In this document: positions 30,207 through 39,626 of the stretch, piece after piece
Layout: every line of letters starts with the position of its first letter
Numbering within the stretch: position 1 is the first letter of the stretch
Assembly (NCBI GenBank): GCA_051003195.1
Contig: JBPCLP010000055.1
Coordinates: 32,001-96,000, forward strand
Source of the DNA: Candidatus Sumerlaeaceae bacterium
GTDB lineage: Bacteria > Sumerlaeota > Sumerlaeia > Sumerlaeales > Sumerlaeaceae
Direction: 5' to 3'
Length of the DNA stretch: 64,000 bases
Position numbers and translations under genes: made by a program
The notes under the pieces: generated by a model
What the model was told of the DNA's origin: nothing
What the model saw: the letters and a program-made list of their open reading frames with translations, nothing else
Databases searched by the model: none

Positions 30207-31336
30207 TTCGGAGATCCGGCATACACTGCCGTAATCTCGCGGAGCCACCGCTCGCGATTGTGAAAATTTAGCGCGCGATCGCGGGCACTGTTGCTCAACG
30301 TGCTGCCCAGTTCCGTCGAATCGAGAATACGACTGATCGCACCCGCCATTGCATCGGGATCGTCAGGCGGAACTACCAGCCCGGTCTCGCCGTCGCGCAG
30401 CACTTCGGGGATACATCCCACCGCTGTGGCGACAATTGGCAACCCCGACGCCATGTACTCATACGTCACCCTGCTCGACCCCTCGCTGCCACGGCTTGCA
30501 AGCACGCCAACATCCAGTGAAGCCATTGCCGTCTGGACGTCGTCCAGCCAGTCGCGAATAATTACACGGTCCGCGATGCCCAGCTCGCGCGCAAGCGTCA
30601 TGTATTGCTCCGGCTTTGTGCCACATGAGCGTCCCGCGATCAGGAAACGTGTGTCCGATGCCTGTGCATTGACCATCGCGGCGGCGCGCAAAAACACTTC
30701 CTGGCCTTTGATCGCCTGCATTCGCGCGATCAGGCCAATCAGCTTTTCGCCGTGCTCTACACCAATACTGGCGCGCCACGCCTCGCTGCGCTTATCGGTT
30801 GTGAACGCGGCCGTATCCACCCCGGAGTAAACCACCCGCAGCTTTTCCTGTATCAGCGGCAGCATCGACCCAAAACTATCGGCTGCAATCTGCGACACCG
30901 CGATGACAGCATCGGTCCGATTGCGCAGCAGCCATCGGTTTGCCGCGTGATTGCGCATGGCCGTAATTACATGGCGAGTGCGAACGATCCGCGGAACGGG
31001 CGTCGTTGCAGCAACGGCGAACGCTGCAACCCAGTGATCTTTACCCCTGTGGCAATGCACAATTTCCGCGTGGTGCCCACGTATGATACGCTGTAGTTTG
31101 CGCATGTCCGCATAATCCGTAATTGGATTAAAGCTGCCGCTGAAAACCAGCGACTCACACGTCACGCCGGCCGCGCGGGCCCGCTCCTCCAGCTCGCTCC
31201 CGCCGCGCACCACCAGCAGCGCCGAATGTCCCCTGGCATTCAACTCCATTGCAAGATCGAGACAATGCGCTGCCTCTCCGATGAACTTCCGCGCGCTGTT
31301 GCAGATCACAATCTTCAATGCCGGGCCGGTCCGCAC
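30203..31336 (-). CDS. glycosyltransferase family 4
   Basis: ARMQAIKG, EGSSRVTYEYMASGLPIV (EX7E). Confidence 0.9.
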   Translation of the reverse strand: MRTGPALKIVICNSARKFIGEAAHCLDLAMELNARGHSALLVVRGGSELEERARAAGVTCESLVFSGSFNPITDYADMRKLQRIIRGHHAEIVHCHRGKDHWVAAFAVAATTPVPRIVRTRHVITAMRNHAANRWLLRNRTDAVIAVSQIAADSFGSMLPLIQEKLRVVYSGVDTAAFTTDKRSEAWRASIGVEHGEKLIGLIARMQAIKGQEVFLRAAAMVNAQASDTRFLIAGRSCGTKPEQYMTLARELGIADRVIIRDWLDDVQTAMASLDVGVLASRGSEGSSRVTYEYMASGLPIVATAVGCIPEVLRDGETGLVVPPDDPDAMAGAISRILDSTELGSTLSNSARDRALNFHNRERWLREITAVYAGSPN

Positions 31337-31352
31337 AGCATGGTCGTGAGAG

Positions 31353-32180
31353 CTACCGGTCCCAGCCGAAGTCCCTGCCCGTCAATTCCTTCAGCTGCGC
31401 ATTGTAAGGGCGAAAGTACTCGACCAGTCGGGTACGTGTTTCTGGCTTCATCTCATCCTTGTACGAGCCCACGTTGAACCGCTTGTACTCCTTCAGATCC
31501 ATCGGCGGCACACCCAGGAACGCACACACCTGCTGGACTATTTCCTCTGACTTTTCGGCGAAATCTTCCGTGCGCAGGACAAGAATCTGCTCGCGCGGAA
31601 ATTGCGCGTACCATCGCTCCAATTGCTCGGCATAATGACCGCGCTGCTTGTACGAGAAATGGCGCAATGCACCGATCTTTTTACGCGTCGCCATCGCGCG
31701 CTCCATTGTTCCCTTCAGCCTCTCTTCCTCACCATCGAGCGCCTCTTCGAACGTCAACTTTTCACATCCCTTACGCAGCTCATGCTGATAATGCGAGTAC
31801 GCGCGATCAATGGGATTGCGCAACAATGCGACAAACCGTCCGTTGGGAATGGTCCGCCTCGCATTTTCAGCGGCGAACGGAATGAATATATAACCGGGCG
31901 AAGCTTCACCAACCAGGAATGGCCGGCCCTGCCGCAATGCGCGCCACCGCTGAAATATTGTTGGGAAATGAGCGCGGTACCATAGCTTCCCCTTCCGAAA
32001 ATGCCGATCAAAGAACGTAACTTCTTTGGTGAGCGCAGCAGCGATCGCGGGATGCTGCACCAGGGTGTTGTAAAGTGTTCCGGTGCCTCCCTTCTGCACC
32101 CCAATAATTGCGAAGTCCGGTAACACCCGGAACCACCCTCGCAGAAGTGCGTGCCGCCGCCGGAGCTTGGCCTTGTTCAT
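31353..32180 (-). CDS. PAPS-dependent sulfotransferase
   Basis: 5'-PSB loop IIGVQKGGT; 3'-PB LRNPIDRAYSHY. Confidence 0.9.
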   Translation of the reverse strand: MNKAKLRRRHALLRGWFRVLPDFAIIGVQKGGTGTLYNTLVQHPAIAAALTKEVTFFDRHFRKGKLWYRAHFPTIFQRWRALRQGRPFLVGEASPGYIFIPFAAENARRTIPNGRFVALLRNPIDRAYSHYQHELRKGCEKLTFEEALDGEEERLKGTMERAMATRKKIGALRHFSYKQRGHYAEQLERWYAQFPREQILVLRTEDFAEKSEEIVQQVCAFLGVPPMDLKEYKRFNVGSYKDEMKPETRTRLVEYFRPYNAQLKELTGRDFGWDR

Positions 32181-32280
32181 TCACTCTCACTGTCGGGAAA
32201 TGTGCTCAGCGCTATTCTGGTCGAAAATCGTCTTTATTCGCGAAATTCGTCGACGATTTCACTTCGATTGCTACTTCGAG

Positions 32281-34914
32281 CTAGAACTTCTCCTCGCCCT
32301 CGTCTTCCATCTGAGCCAGGTACTCATCGGGATCCACAATGATGTCACGCACCTTGCTGCCAACGTTCGGGCCCACGATATGCGCTTCCTCCAGCATATC
32401 CATCACTCGCCCGGCACGGGCGAACCCGATCTTCAGTTTGCGTTGCAACAGGCTGACACTCGCCTTGCGGTGCACGAGAATTAACTTTGCAGCCTGCCGA
32501 AACAGTTCGTCATCGATGGCATCGCTGTCCTCATTGCTGGTCCTCGAAGTACTCCCGCCGGCACCCAGCACCTGCCTTAAGTCCCGCCCGTCCTTGCGCT
32601 GCTGCTGATAACTGTAGTCGTAATCGTCGCCGTCGTCATCCACAGCCACGGAGCTGTCATCCGCATCGATGCCGTTCATTCGAAGTTCATCATCGCCGCG
32701 GCGGCCCATCTCCTGGCTCGCCTTGAGCCGCTGCTCCTCAATTTCGTGCTGTGTGAGAAAATCTGTCTTCACGTAATTAGCCCGGGCCTGCGAACGCACC
32801 CAGTCGGCTGTTCGTTCCACTTCCTGGTCGCTCAAATAGCAGCCCTGCAGGCGAATCGGTTTTGGGCTGCCGCCGGGCGAGAACAGCATATCACCGCGCC
32901 CCAGCAGACTCTCCGCACCGTTGGTGTCCAATATCGTGCGCGAATCCACCTTGCTCGACACCTGGAACGCCACACGGCTTGGGAAGTTCGCCTTAATGAT
33001 GCCAGTGATCACGTTGACGGACGGCCGCTGCGTCGCCAGGATCAGGTGCATTCCCACCGCGCGCGACATCTGCGCCAGGCGGATGATGGAATCTTCCACC
33101 TCGTTCTTGGCGATGATCATCAGGTCTGCCAGTTCATCAATGATGATCACAATGTGCGGCATGTACTCGACGTGACGTCCAACCGCTTTGGGATGCGGCT
33201 GCTTGCTTTTCACGATCGCGTTGTAGCCGTCGATGTTTCGAACGCCCAGCGACGCCAGTTTCTTGTAGCGCTCCTCCATCTCCTCAATCGCCCAGTTAAG
33301 CGCAGCGGCTGCCTTGCGCGGCTCGCACACTACCGGTGCCAGCAGATGGGGAATGGCCTGGTACACATTCAGTTCCACTCGCTTGGGATCCACCATCACC
33401 ATCTTCACCTTCTCCGGCTGCATTCGGAAAAGTATCGAGCAGATCACCGAGTTGAGACAGACCGACTTTCCCGACCCCGTTGTGCCTGCGATGAGCAGGT
33501 GCGGCATGGCTGCCAGATCGCAAATATATGGCTCGCCCGAAATTGTTTTGCCCAATGCAAATGCCAGCGGCGAAGGATGATTGCGGAACGCTTCCGTTTC
33601 CAGCATCTCCCGCAGGTAAACGGGCGTCGCCTTGTGGTTCGGAATCTCCAGCCCGACAGTTCCTTTGCCTGGCACCGGCGCAATAATGCGGACGCTCTCC
33701 GCCTTCATGCACATCGCAATGTCGTTTTCCAGCGCCGCGATGCGTGCCACCTTCACTCCGGGAGCCGGCTGCACTTCGAACCGCGTTACCGTTGGGCCCT
33801 GCGTTACCTGGACGACCGTTGCCGAAATTCCAAACTCCCCCAGCGTACGCTCCAGCGTACCGGATCGCTCGTCCATCTCCTGTTGCGACATCCTGCTCTT
33901 CACTTTGACAGCGGGATTCAGCAGATCCAGCCCGGGCGTTTCATACGCCCTTACCAGCGGCAATTCCTCCTGCACCGCTTCCGTCTCAGCCATCGTCACC
34001 AGGTCATCAACTTCGGCTTTGGGCGCTTGCCTGGAACTTACCGACGCAGCCAGCGCCGCGTACCTTTTTTGCGCGATCTCTGCCACATCGACAACTGCCG
34101 CGGCTGGCGAGGTGGCCCCCCGCGTCGTCTGCAGGGGAGGCGCAGAAAGCGACTGCGCGCGCGTCCCGACAGTTGCAGAAGGTTCTTCCTCCTGGGCCGA
34201 TCGCCCGCCCCATCGAAAAAATGAACGACGCGACTCCGGTTCTTCCACTCGGGCGGTGGGCTGCACGTCGCCAGGCTCATCCGATTCAAACGCTTCCTTA
34301 ATTACTTCGAACCACGCGCTCAGCCGCTGCTTCCAGGTTTTCGGTTTCCAGGTGCGCACCCAGCGCAGTGTGGCGGCGGTGGTCGAACGAATCCGGATAT
34401 CTGTAAGTATACTTACCGAGAGGATGAGAGCGCCGCCAAACAGCAGGTAGGCTCCAGCGCGCCCGAGGTAACCTGCAAGGTTCAGGCACTCGCGGTGCAT
34501 CAGGAAGTTGCCGATTGCGCCACCCGCGCGAAATCCATCCTTTTTGGTAAAATCCGTAGCGGCGTACGGAACTGCGATTATTGCACACATGCAGATTGCG
34601 GCAAACAACAGCCCCAGCACCCGCAACGGCCCACGTGGAACATCCTGCCGACGCCACACAGCCGCCCCACCACCCAGCACCAGCAGCGGAATCAGGTAGG
34701 AGACATATTCACCCAGCGTAAACGTGAGGCCGGAGCTGACCACGCCGCCCAATCTGCCAACGAGATTACTTCCTCCGTGCCCTTGCGATGCGAGCGACAA
34801 AAGCAACAGTAGCCCCGTCAGCATCAGCGCAACAGCGATGGCTTCGTTCAGCAACTCATCGCGAAAGCCGCCTTGCGCGGCCCGCGCGGTGCGGGTCGAT
34901 GGTGCTTGGTACAT
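32281..34914 (-). CDS. ftsK: DNA translocase FtsK/SpoIIIE
   Basis: N-terminal TMs, GTTGSGKS, IDELADLM, ATQRPS, gamma domain SLLQRKLKIGFARAGR. Confidence 0.97.
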   Translation of the reverse strand: MYQAPSTRTARAAQGGFRDELLNEAIAVALMLTGLLLLLSLASQGHGGSNLVGRLGGVVSSGLTFTLGEYVSYLIPLLVLGGGAAVWRRQDVPRGPLRVLGLLFAAICMCAIIAVPYAATDFTKKDGFRAGGAIGNFLMHRECLNLAGYLGRAGAYLLFGGALILSVSILTDIRIRSTTAATLRWVRTWKPKTWKQRLSAWFEVIKEAFESDEPGDVQPTARVEEPESRRSFFRWGGRSAQEEEPSATVGTRAQSLSAPPLQTTRGATSPAAAVVDVAEIAQKRYAALAASVSSRQAPKAEVDDLVTMAETEAVQEELPLVRAYETPGLDLLNPAVKVKSRMSQQEMDERSGTLERTLGEFGISATVVQVTQGPTVTRFEVQPAPGVKVARIAALENDIAMCMKAESVRIIAPVPGKGTVGLEIPNHKATPVYLREMLETEAFRNHPSPLAFALGKTISGEPYICDLAAMPHLLIAGTTGSGKSVCLNSVICSILFRMQPEKVKMVMVDPKRVELNVYQAIPHLLAPVVCEPRKAAAALNWAIEEMEERYKKLASLGVRNIDGYNAIVKSKQPHPKAVGRHVEYMPHIVIIIDELADLMIIAKNEVEDSIIRLAQMSRAVGMHLILATQRPSVNVITGIIKANFPSRVAFQVSSKVDSRTILDTNGAESLLGRGDMLFSPGGSPKPIRLQGCYLSDQEVERTADWVRSQARANYVKTDFLTQHEIEEQRLKASQEMGRRGDDELRMNGIDADDSSVAVDDDGDDYDYSYQQQRKDGRDLRQVLGAGGSTSRTSNEDSDAIDDELFRQAAKLILVHRKASVSLLQRKLKIGFARAGRVMDMLEEAHIVGPNVGSKVRDIIVDPDEYLAQMEDEGEEKF

Positions 34915-35198
34915 GTAAGAACCTCAACATTTCAACATTGGCAATACGCGCCGGCCAAACTGCCCCGTGCGCACTGCCGTCCACGGCAACTGTTCCACCC
35001 GTCTACGGGAGAAACTCAGGTTCGCCAGAAAACCCTGCACTGCGAGCCCACAATCGTCAAAGCTTTTCCCCCACTCAGGAACGATCTCGTTTAATGAAGC
35101 TCCTCAGCCAGGCAAGTTACGTCGCACGCCCCTTCCTGCTCCGAGCCATCTGTTGTCCATTTGACACGCCCGCTCGGCACCACGACCATGGCGTCTCT

Positions 35199-36086
35199 AT
35201 GTCCACTCTTTCGCCAGAATCCCGTGCGCCTGGCGCGATCAGCGTGCTCATTCCCGCTTACAACGAGCAGGACGCGATTGGCGAAGTTATCCGCCAGGTT
35301 CGAACCGTGCTGGAACCCACTGGCCATCCAGCCGAAATTATCGTCGTCGACGACGGCTCCACCGACTCCACTGCAACCAATGCCAGCGATGCCGGCGCAC
35401 ACGTAATCCCGCATCGCACCAACCTCGGTTACGGCGCTGCTCTCAAAACCGCGCTTCGTCACGCAAGCCACGATTCCATTCTGATCCTCGATGCCGATGG
35501 CAGTTATCCCCCATCCGCGATTCCCATTCTTCTGCAGGAACTGGCCATCTGCGACATGGTAGTCGCTGCGCGCACCACTGGAAAAGCCAATATTCCAGCA
35601 GCGCGTCGTCCCGCAAAATGGGTGCTTACGATGACCGCGCAGTTTTTATCACACCGCAAAATACCGGATCTGAATTCCGGTTTGCGTGCTTTTCGGCGCG
35701 CAGACGCTCTGCGATTTATGAGCCTCTACCCGGCCGGTTTCTCGTTCACCACGACGATTACGCTCGCCTATCTTTCCAACGATCTGCTCATACACTATAT
35801 CCCCATCGAATACCAGCCTCGCGTGGGAAGCTCCAAGCTGCGCCCCATCCGGGACACCAAAAACCTCTTCCTCACCGTTATCCGTTCCATTCTATTTTTC
35901 AATCCATTACGCGTCTGCATCCCCGCCGCCATCTTCCTGTTTGTTATTGCCGGATACCTCGCGCTGTTTGTAAGGGATGCGCAGGGCCGCATTCTTGACG
36001 GCACGATTACGATACTGGTAACCAGCGCTCTACAGATCTTGATCGTCGGTTTCCTGGCCGATATACTATCCCGGTTGCGGCAATAG
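35199..36086 (+). CDS. glycosyltransferase family 2 (polyprenyl-phosphate GT-like)
   Basis: IPAYNE, VVDDGSTD, DADG, DLNSGLR; two C-terminal TMs. Confidence 0.9.
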   Translation: MSTLSPESRAPGAISVLIPAYNEQDAIGEVIRQVRTVLEPTGHPAEIIVVDDGSTDSTATNASDAGAHVIPHRTNLGYGAALKTALRHASHDSILILDADGSYPPSAIPILLQELAICDMVVAARTTGKANIPAARRPAKWVLTMTAQFLSHRKIPDLNSGLRAFRRADALRFMSLYPAGFSFTTTITLAYLSNDLLIHYIPIEYQPRVGSSKLRPIRDTKNLFLTVIRSILFFNPLRVCIPAAIFLFVIAGYLALFVRDAQGRILDGTITILVTSALQILIVGFLADILSRLRQ

Positions 36087-36088
36087 CC

Positions 36089-36403
36089 TTGCGCGCGTGG
36101 GACGATCACCCCGAGCCCCGGGCAGGCATCTGTTACACAGCACATATCGACCCGCAGCACATTGGTTATCTTGTCAGCCTGGTGGAAGCGCATGAAGGGC
36201 TTGCCATTGTCAGAACAAAGGATGCGGCACTGGGTATCGTTGAGTTCTGGATTTCACCCTTAATGCAAAAGGACTTTGAAAGCTTTCTGACGGCGCTGAA
36301 AGAGGAGCTTCAGGTCAACGCCGGGCCACCCGAAATAATCAACATTGAGCAGCTTGACCATGCCAGTGCAAAGCCGCTGCATCCACAGCAAGACTCCAGA
36401 TAA
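36089..36403 (+). CDS. DUF4911-like protein
   Basis: IGYLVSLVEAHEGLAIVRTKD pattern. Confidence 0.65.
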   Translation: MRAWDDHPEPRAGICYTAHIDPQHIGYLVSLVEAHEGLAIVRTKDAALGIVEFWISPLMQKDFESFLTALKEELQVNAGPPEIINIEQLDHASAKPLHPQQDSR

Positions 36404-36433
36404 TTACGAACTGACACTAACCCAGGAACCTGA

Positions 36434-39400
36434 ATGAAGAACGAAGCATCGCAACCGCAACGCCGTGGGCCGCAGCAAACCGGAAGGCGTCGTCCGTCCA
36501 GTGCCGCCGCCATCCTGAAAACCAAAGGAACTGCGGGCCCGCTTGGCGAAAACTATTTCTCCCCTCGGTGGGTTCTGCTGGGACTCACGCTGCTCACCAT
36601 CAGCCTGGTCGCTTTTCTTTTCACGCCGTATACGCACCAATTGGATGAAATCAAAAATGTGATCCTGATGTTCTTCCCGCCGTTCCTGCTGATTGGCGCA
36701 TTATTTCTCAAAGATTTCCGCACGATGAGCTGGCGCACACATGGCTCAACTATCCTCCTTGGTTTGTTTTTCCTCAACATGATTATTTCGTTCCTGATCA
36801 ACGATTTCAAACTGATCGGCGAACGCGTCATCTGGTTCTGGACTGGGTGCGCCACCTTTACCGTCGTGTTCGCCTGGTTTATGGACAGCGAACTGAAGAT
36901 GCGGCGGGTAATGCTCTACTGGACTTTGCTGGGTCTGGCTTCCACCATCATCGGGCTATTCATGTTCGCTGGCCAGGGCTTTACCGCGATCATTTACGAC
37001 TTCATGAAGAACGACCGGTTCTGGGCGGAATCGCCATGGACTACATTATTCTACACCCTCAAGTCCTCCCGCGGGGACATGTATTCCTTTGTCCTTAACC
37101 AGGACTTCTATGCCGCGTTCCTTGTGATGACGCTGCCCATCCCGCTCGCGATGTTTTTCGCCGAGCAGAAAATGATCTACCGTGCTGTCGCACTTGCTTC
37201 TTTCTTACTGATGAACGTCTGCCTGGTACTCACAAATTCGAACGACAGCTATCCCAGCATCATCGTCGCATACGTGCTTTTCATTATCCTGGCGGTAAAG
37301 TACGTTCAAGGCTGGAATTTCAGCCGACGATTCATTGTCGTTTTTCTCATCTGTATTGGTGTGTTGCTTGCCGAAGTTGCGCTGCTCATGCTTCCGACTG
37401 TCGCCAGTACATGGGCATTTAAGTCCGCCGCGTTCGAAGGCCGCAAAGTGCTGTGGGGAGGCGGATTCTGGCCCTGGCTCTACGGCTACGACCGCACTCA
37501 CACCAATCTGGATTTCAGCGCTATTCTATTCGGCGTGGGCCCCGGCGGCTATCGTCACTTCTTCCCATGGTTTCGTCGCCCCGACTTTTTCGACCAGCAA
37601 ATTAACAACGTCACGACCTTTGGTCACAACTGGTACCTCGATGTGCTCCTTGAAACCGGCGCGGTTGGGCTGATCCTGTTCATGTGGTTTCACTTCCGCG
37701 TGATCAAGGACGCACTACGTCAGATCCGCACCACGCAAAGCCGAACGCATCTGCTTTACCAGGTCGCCATTGTCTGCGGACTTGCGGGCATCGCGATCCA
37801 GAACTTCTCCAGCCCGAACAATCGCTGGGCGGTTGCCGGCATGACGTACTGGGCGATGTTCGGTCTCTGCATGGGGCTCCATCATCTTGAGCACCCTGGT
37901 GTGTCGAAGAAAAGTGACCCGGGAACTCTGCCTATTTACAACAGCGTCCGCATAGGAGCTATCGTATTCGCGCTCGTGTTCCTTTGGCGCTGCTCCTTAA
38001 ATCATGCATTCAACTACTGGTCGGCAGCTAAGAAAAACGCAACTGGTCTCAAATTCATGGAAACCGCACAGGCGCCTGGATTGCCGGATGATCAGCGTCC
38101 CGTGTATCTGCAAATCGCACAGAAGCAATTCGAGGAAGCCATTAGCGAAAACCCCACTTTTGCGACATCGTATTACAAGCTCGGCAACGTATACAATTCG
38201 GTCGAAGCAACCGATAAGGCCATCAAGACTTATGAAGAGCTGAACAAGATCAGCCCTAGTTACTCCGAAATTTACCTTAACCTTGGCATCATGTATTATG
38301 TCGAGGCTACTGAGAAGGCGCAGAGGATCGGCAGGCTGCGCAAAACGGCCGACCAGAAACTTGCCGAAGCCAGCAAGGCGCGCTCTGAGGAGCGGCAGAA
38401 ATTGCGCGACGAGGCCGGTCAACTGACCGAGGAAGCCGCCTCTATCGAAGCGCAACTTCCTGAGTTGATGCTGCACAATTACGAGAAGAGCTACGACGCC
38501 TTCAAGGAAGCGGCCCGTCAGAGCCTGAAACCAAACGTGCAGATGCTCGCCGCGGACCAGGGCCAGCAACTTGCCGAACTGTATGAGGATGCCGGGGCGC
38601 CGGAAAAAGCCGCCGGCATCCTGGAGGAGATCAAAAAGCACTACTGGACGGTGCTCACGTATGAGCCGAAACTCGAGGATGTAAAGGCCGACAGAAAAAG
38701 AAAATATCCTGTCGCACAGGCAAAGCTGTACGAACTCTCACAAAAGACGCACGACATGGCCGGTGCCGAAAAAGTTCTCAAATTAATGGTCGCGGATAAT
38801 CCAGACAACCAGCAATATCTGCTGAGGCTGTTAAGGGCGTATGATCAACAAGGCAAAACTAAAGAAAAGATCGAGTACCTGGAAATCGCCGTGCATGACA
38901 ATCCGGTCGATTCACGCCTGCGAGCGATACTTGCCGACGCCTATGCGCAAGCTGGGGACCAGGCGAAATATATGGCAGAGCTGCAGCGCGTTGAAGTGCT
39001 CCAGCCTGGCAGCCCGACCGCGTTGTCTGGATTGTATCTTGCCTATAAGGAAAAGGATAAGTCGAAGGCGGAACACTATCGCGGTAAACTACAGCAAATT
39101 GGCGTGAGTGCGGACGATCTGACTACCATTATCCGCGAAGGAGTCAGCACCGCAACCCTTGCTGCCTCAAAACCAAAACAGGACCAGGCCGCTCCCGCTG
39201 AAGTAGCGACGTCGCCGTCGGTTGCCGGGCAGCCCGTTACGCCCGCTGAAAAAGCGATAACAGGAGCATCGACACAGACGGTCGCAACTGCCATCACGCA
39301 GGGGGCCGCTACATCGGCGACCGCCGCGTCCGCAGCAGTCACGGCGCCAACTCCCGTGACACTTCCCCCCGCCCCTGGCACTCAATCAAGCGACGCCCCC

Positions 39401-39445
39401 ACGACCGCACCCGGGCCGGAAACCTCCACCAGCGCGTCTAAATAG
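36434..39445 (+). CDS. O-antigen ligase-like (Wzy_C) membrane protein with TPRs and T/A/P-rich tail
   Basis: multi-TM N-half, FGVGPGGY, HNWYLDVLLETGAVG; TPR-like YYKLGNVY and YLNLGIMY. Confidence 0.85.
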   Translation: MKNEASQPQRRGPQQTGRRRPSSAAAILKTKGTAGPLGENYFSPRWVLLGLTLLTISLVAFLFTPYTHQLDEIKNVILMFFPPFLLIGALFLKDFRTMSWRTHGSTILLGLFFLNMIISFLINDFKLIGERVIWFWTGCATFTVVFAWFMDSELKMRRVMLYWTLLGLASTIIGLFMFAGQGFTAIIYDFMKNDRFWAESPWTTLFYTLKSSRGDMYSFVLNQDFYAAFLVMTLPIPLAMFFAEQKMIYRAVALASFLLMNVCLVLTNSNDSYPSIIVAYVLFIILAVKYVQGWNFSRRFIVVFLICIGVLLAEVALLMLPTVASTWAFKSAAFEGRKVLWGGGFWPWLYGYDRTHTNLDFSAILFGVGPGGYRHFFPWFRRPDFFDQQINNVTTFGHNWYLDVLLETGAVGLILFMWFHFRVIKDALRQIRTTQSRTHLLYQVAIVCGLAGIAIQNFSSPNNRWAVAGMTYWAMFGLCMGLHHLEHPGVSKKSDPGTLPIYNSVRIGAIVFALVFLWRCSLNHAFNYWSAAKKNATGLKFMETAQAPGLPDDQRPVYLQIAQKQFEEAISENPTFATSYYKLGNVYNSVEATDKAIKTYEELNKISPSYSEIYLNLGIMYYVEATEKAQRIGRLRKTADQKLAEASKARSEERQKLRDEAGQLTEEAASIEAQLPELMLHNYEKSYDAFKEAARQSLKPNVQMLAADQGQQLAELYEDAGAPEKAAGILEEIKKHYWTVLTYEPKLEDVKADRKRKYPVAQAKLYELSQKTHDMAGAEKVLKLMVADNPDNQQYLLRLLRAYDQQGKTKEKIEYLEIAVHDNPVDSRLRAILADAYAQAGDQAKYMAELQRVEVLQPGSPTALSGLYLAYKEKDKSKAEHYRGKLQQIGVSADDLTTIIREGVSTATLAASKPKQDQAAPAEVATSPSVAGQPVTPAEKAITGASTQTVATAITQGAATSATAASAAVTAPTPVTLPPAPGTQSSDAPTTAPGPETSTSASK

Positions 39446-39626
39446 CCGGCTCGGGCTCTCGGGCCGGGGCCCGTTACGCCTGACCAGTGAGTGCGTCAAA
39501 AACTCCTGGCTCCCCCTTGCCTGGCGGTTAATCCCGCCATATAGTCCCATCCCATTCGCGCTTGCATCGGAGTAACGCCGCCATGAAAAACGCGGCACTT
39601 AACCAGATCGGACACGAAGTAGACCA

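Noticed and set aside
31806..31817. 12-nt match (ATCAATGGGATT) between the MITE copy 6 loop and the sulfotransferase gene as a guide-target pair
   Set aside because: Too short. A match of this size is plausible by chance given several loops and 64 kb on two strands.
32746..34450. Long antisense ORFs opposite ftsK, and similar ones opposite sdhA, rplA and mdh
   Set aside because: Shadow ORFs caused by GC-rich codon bias, with no recognisable motifs.
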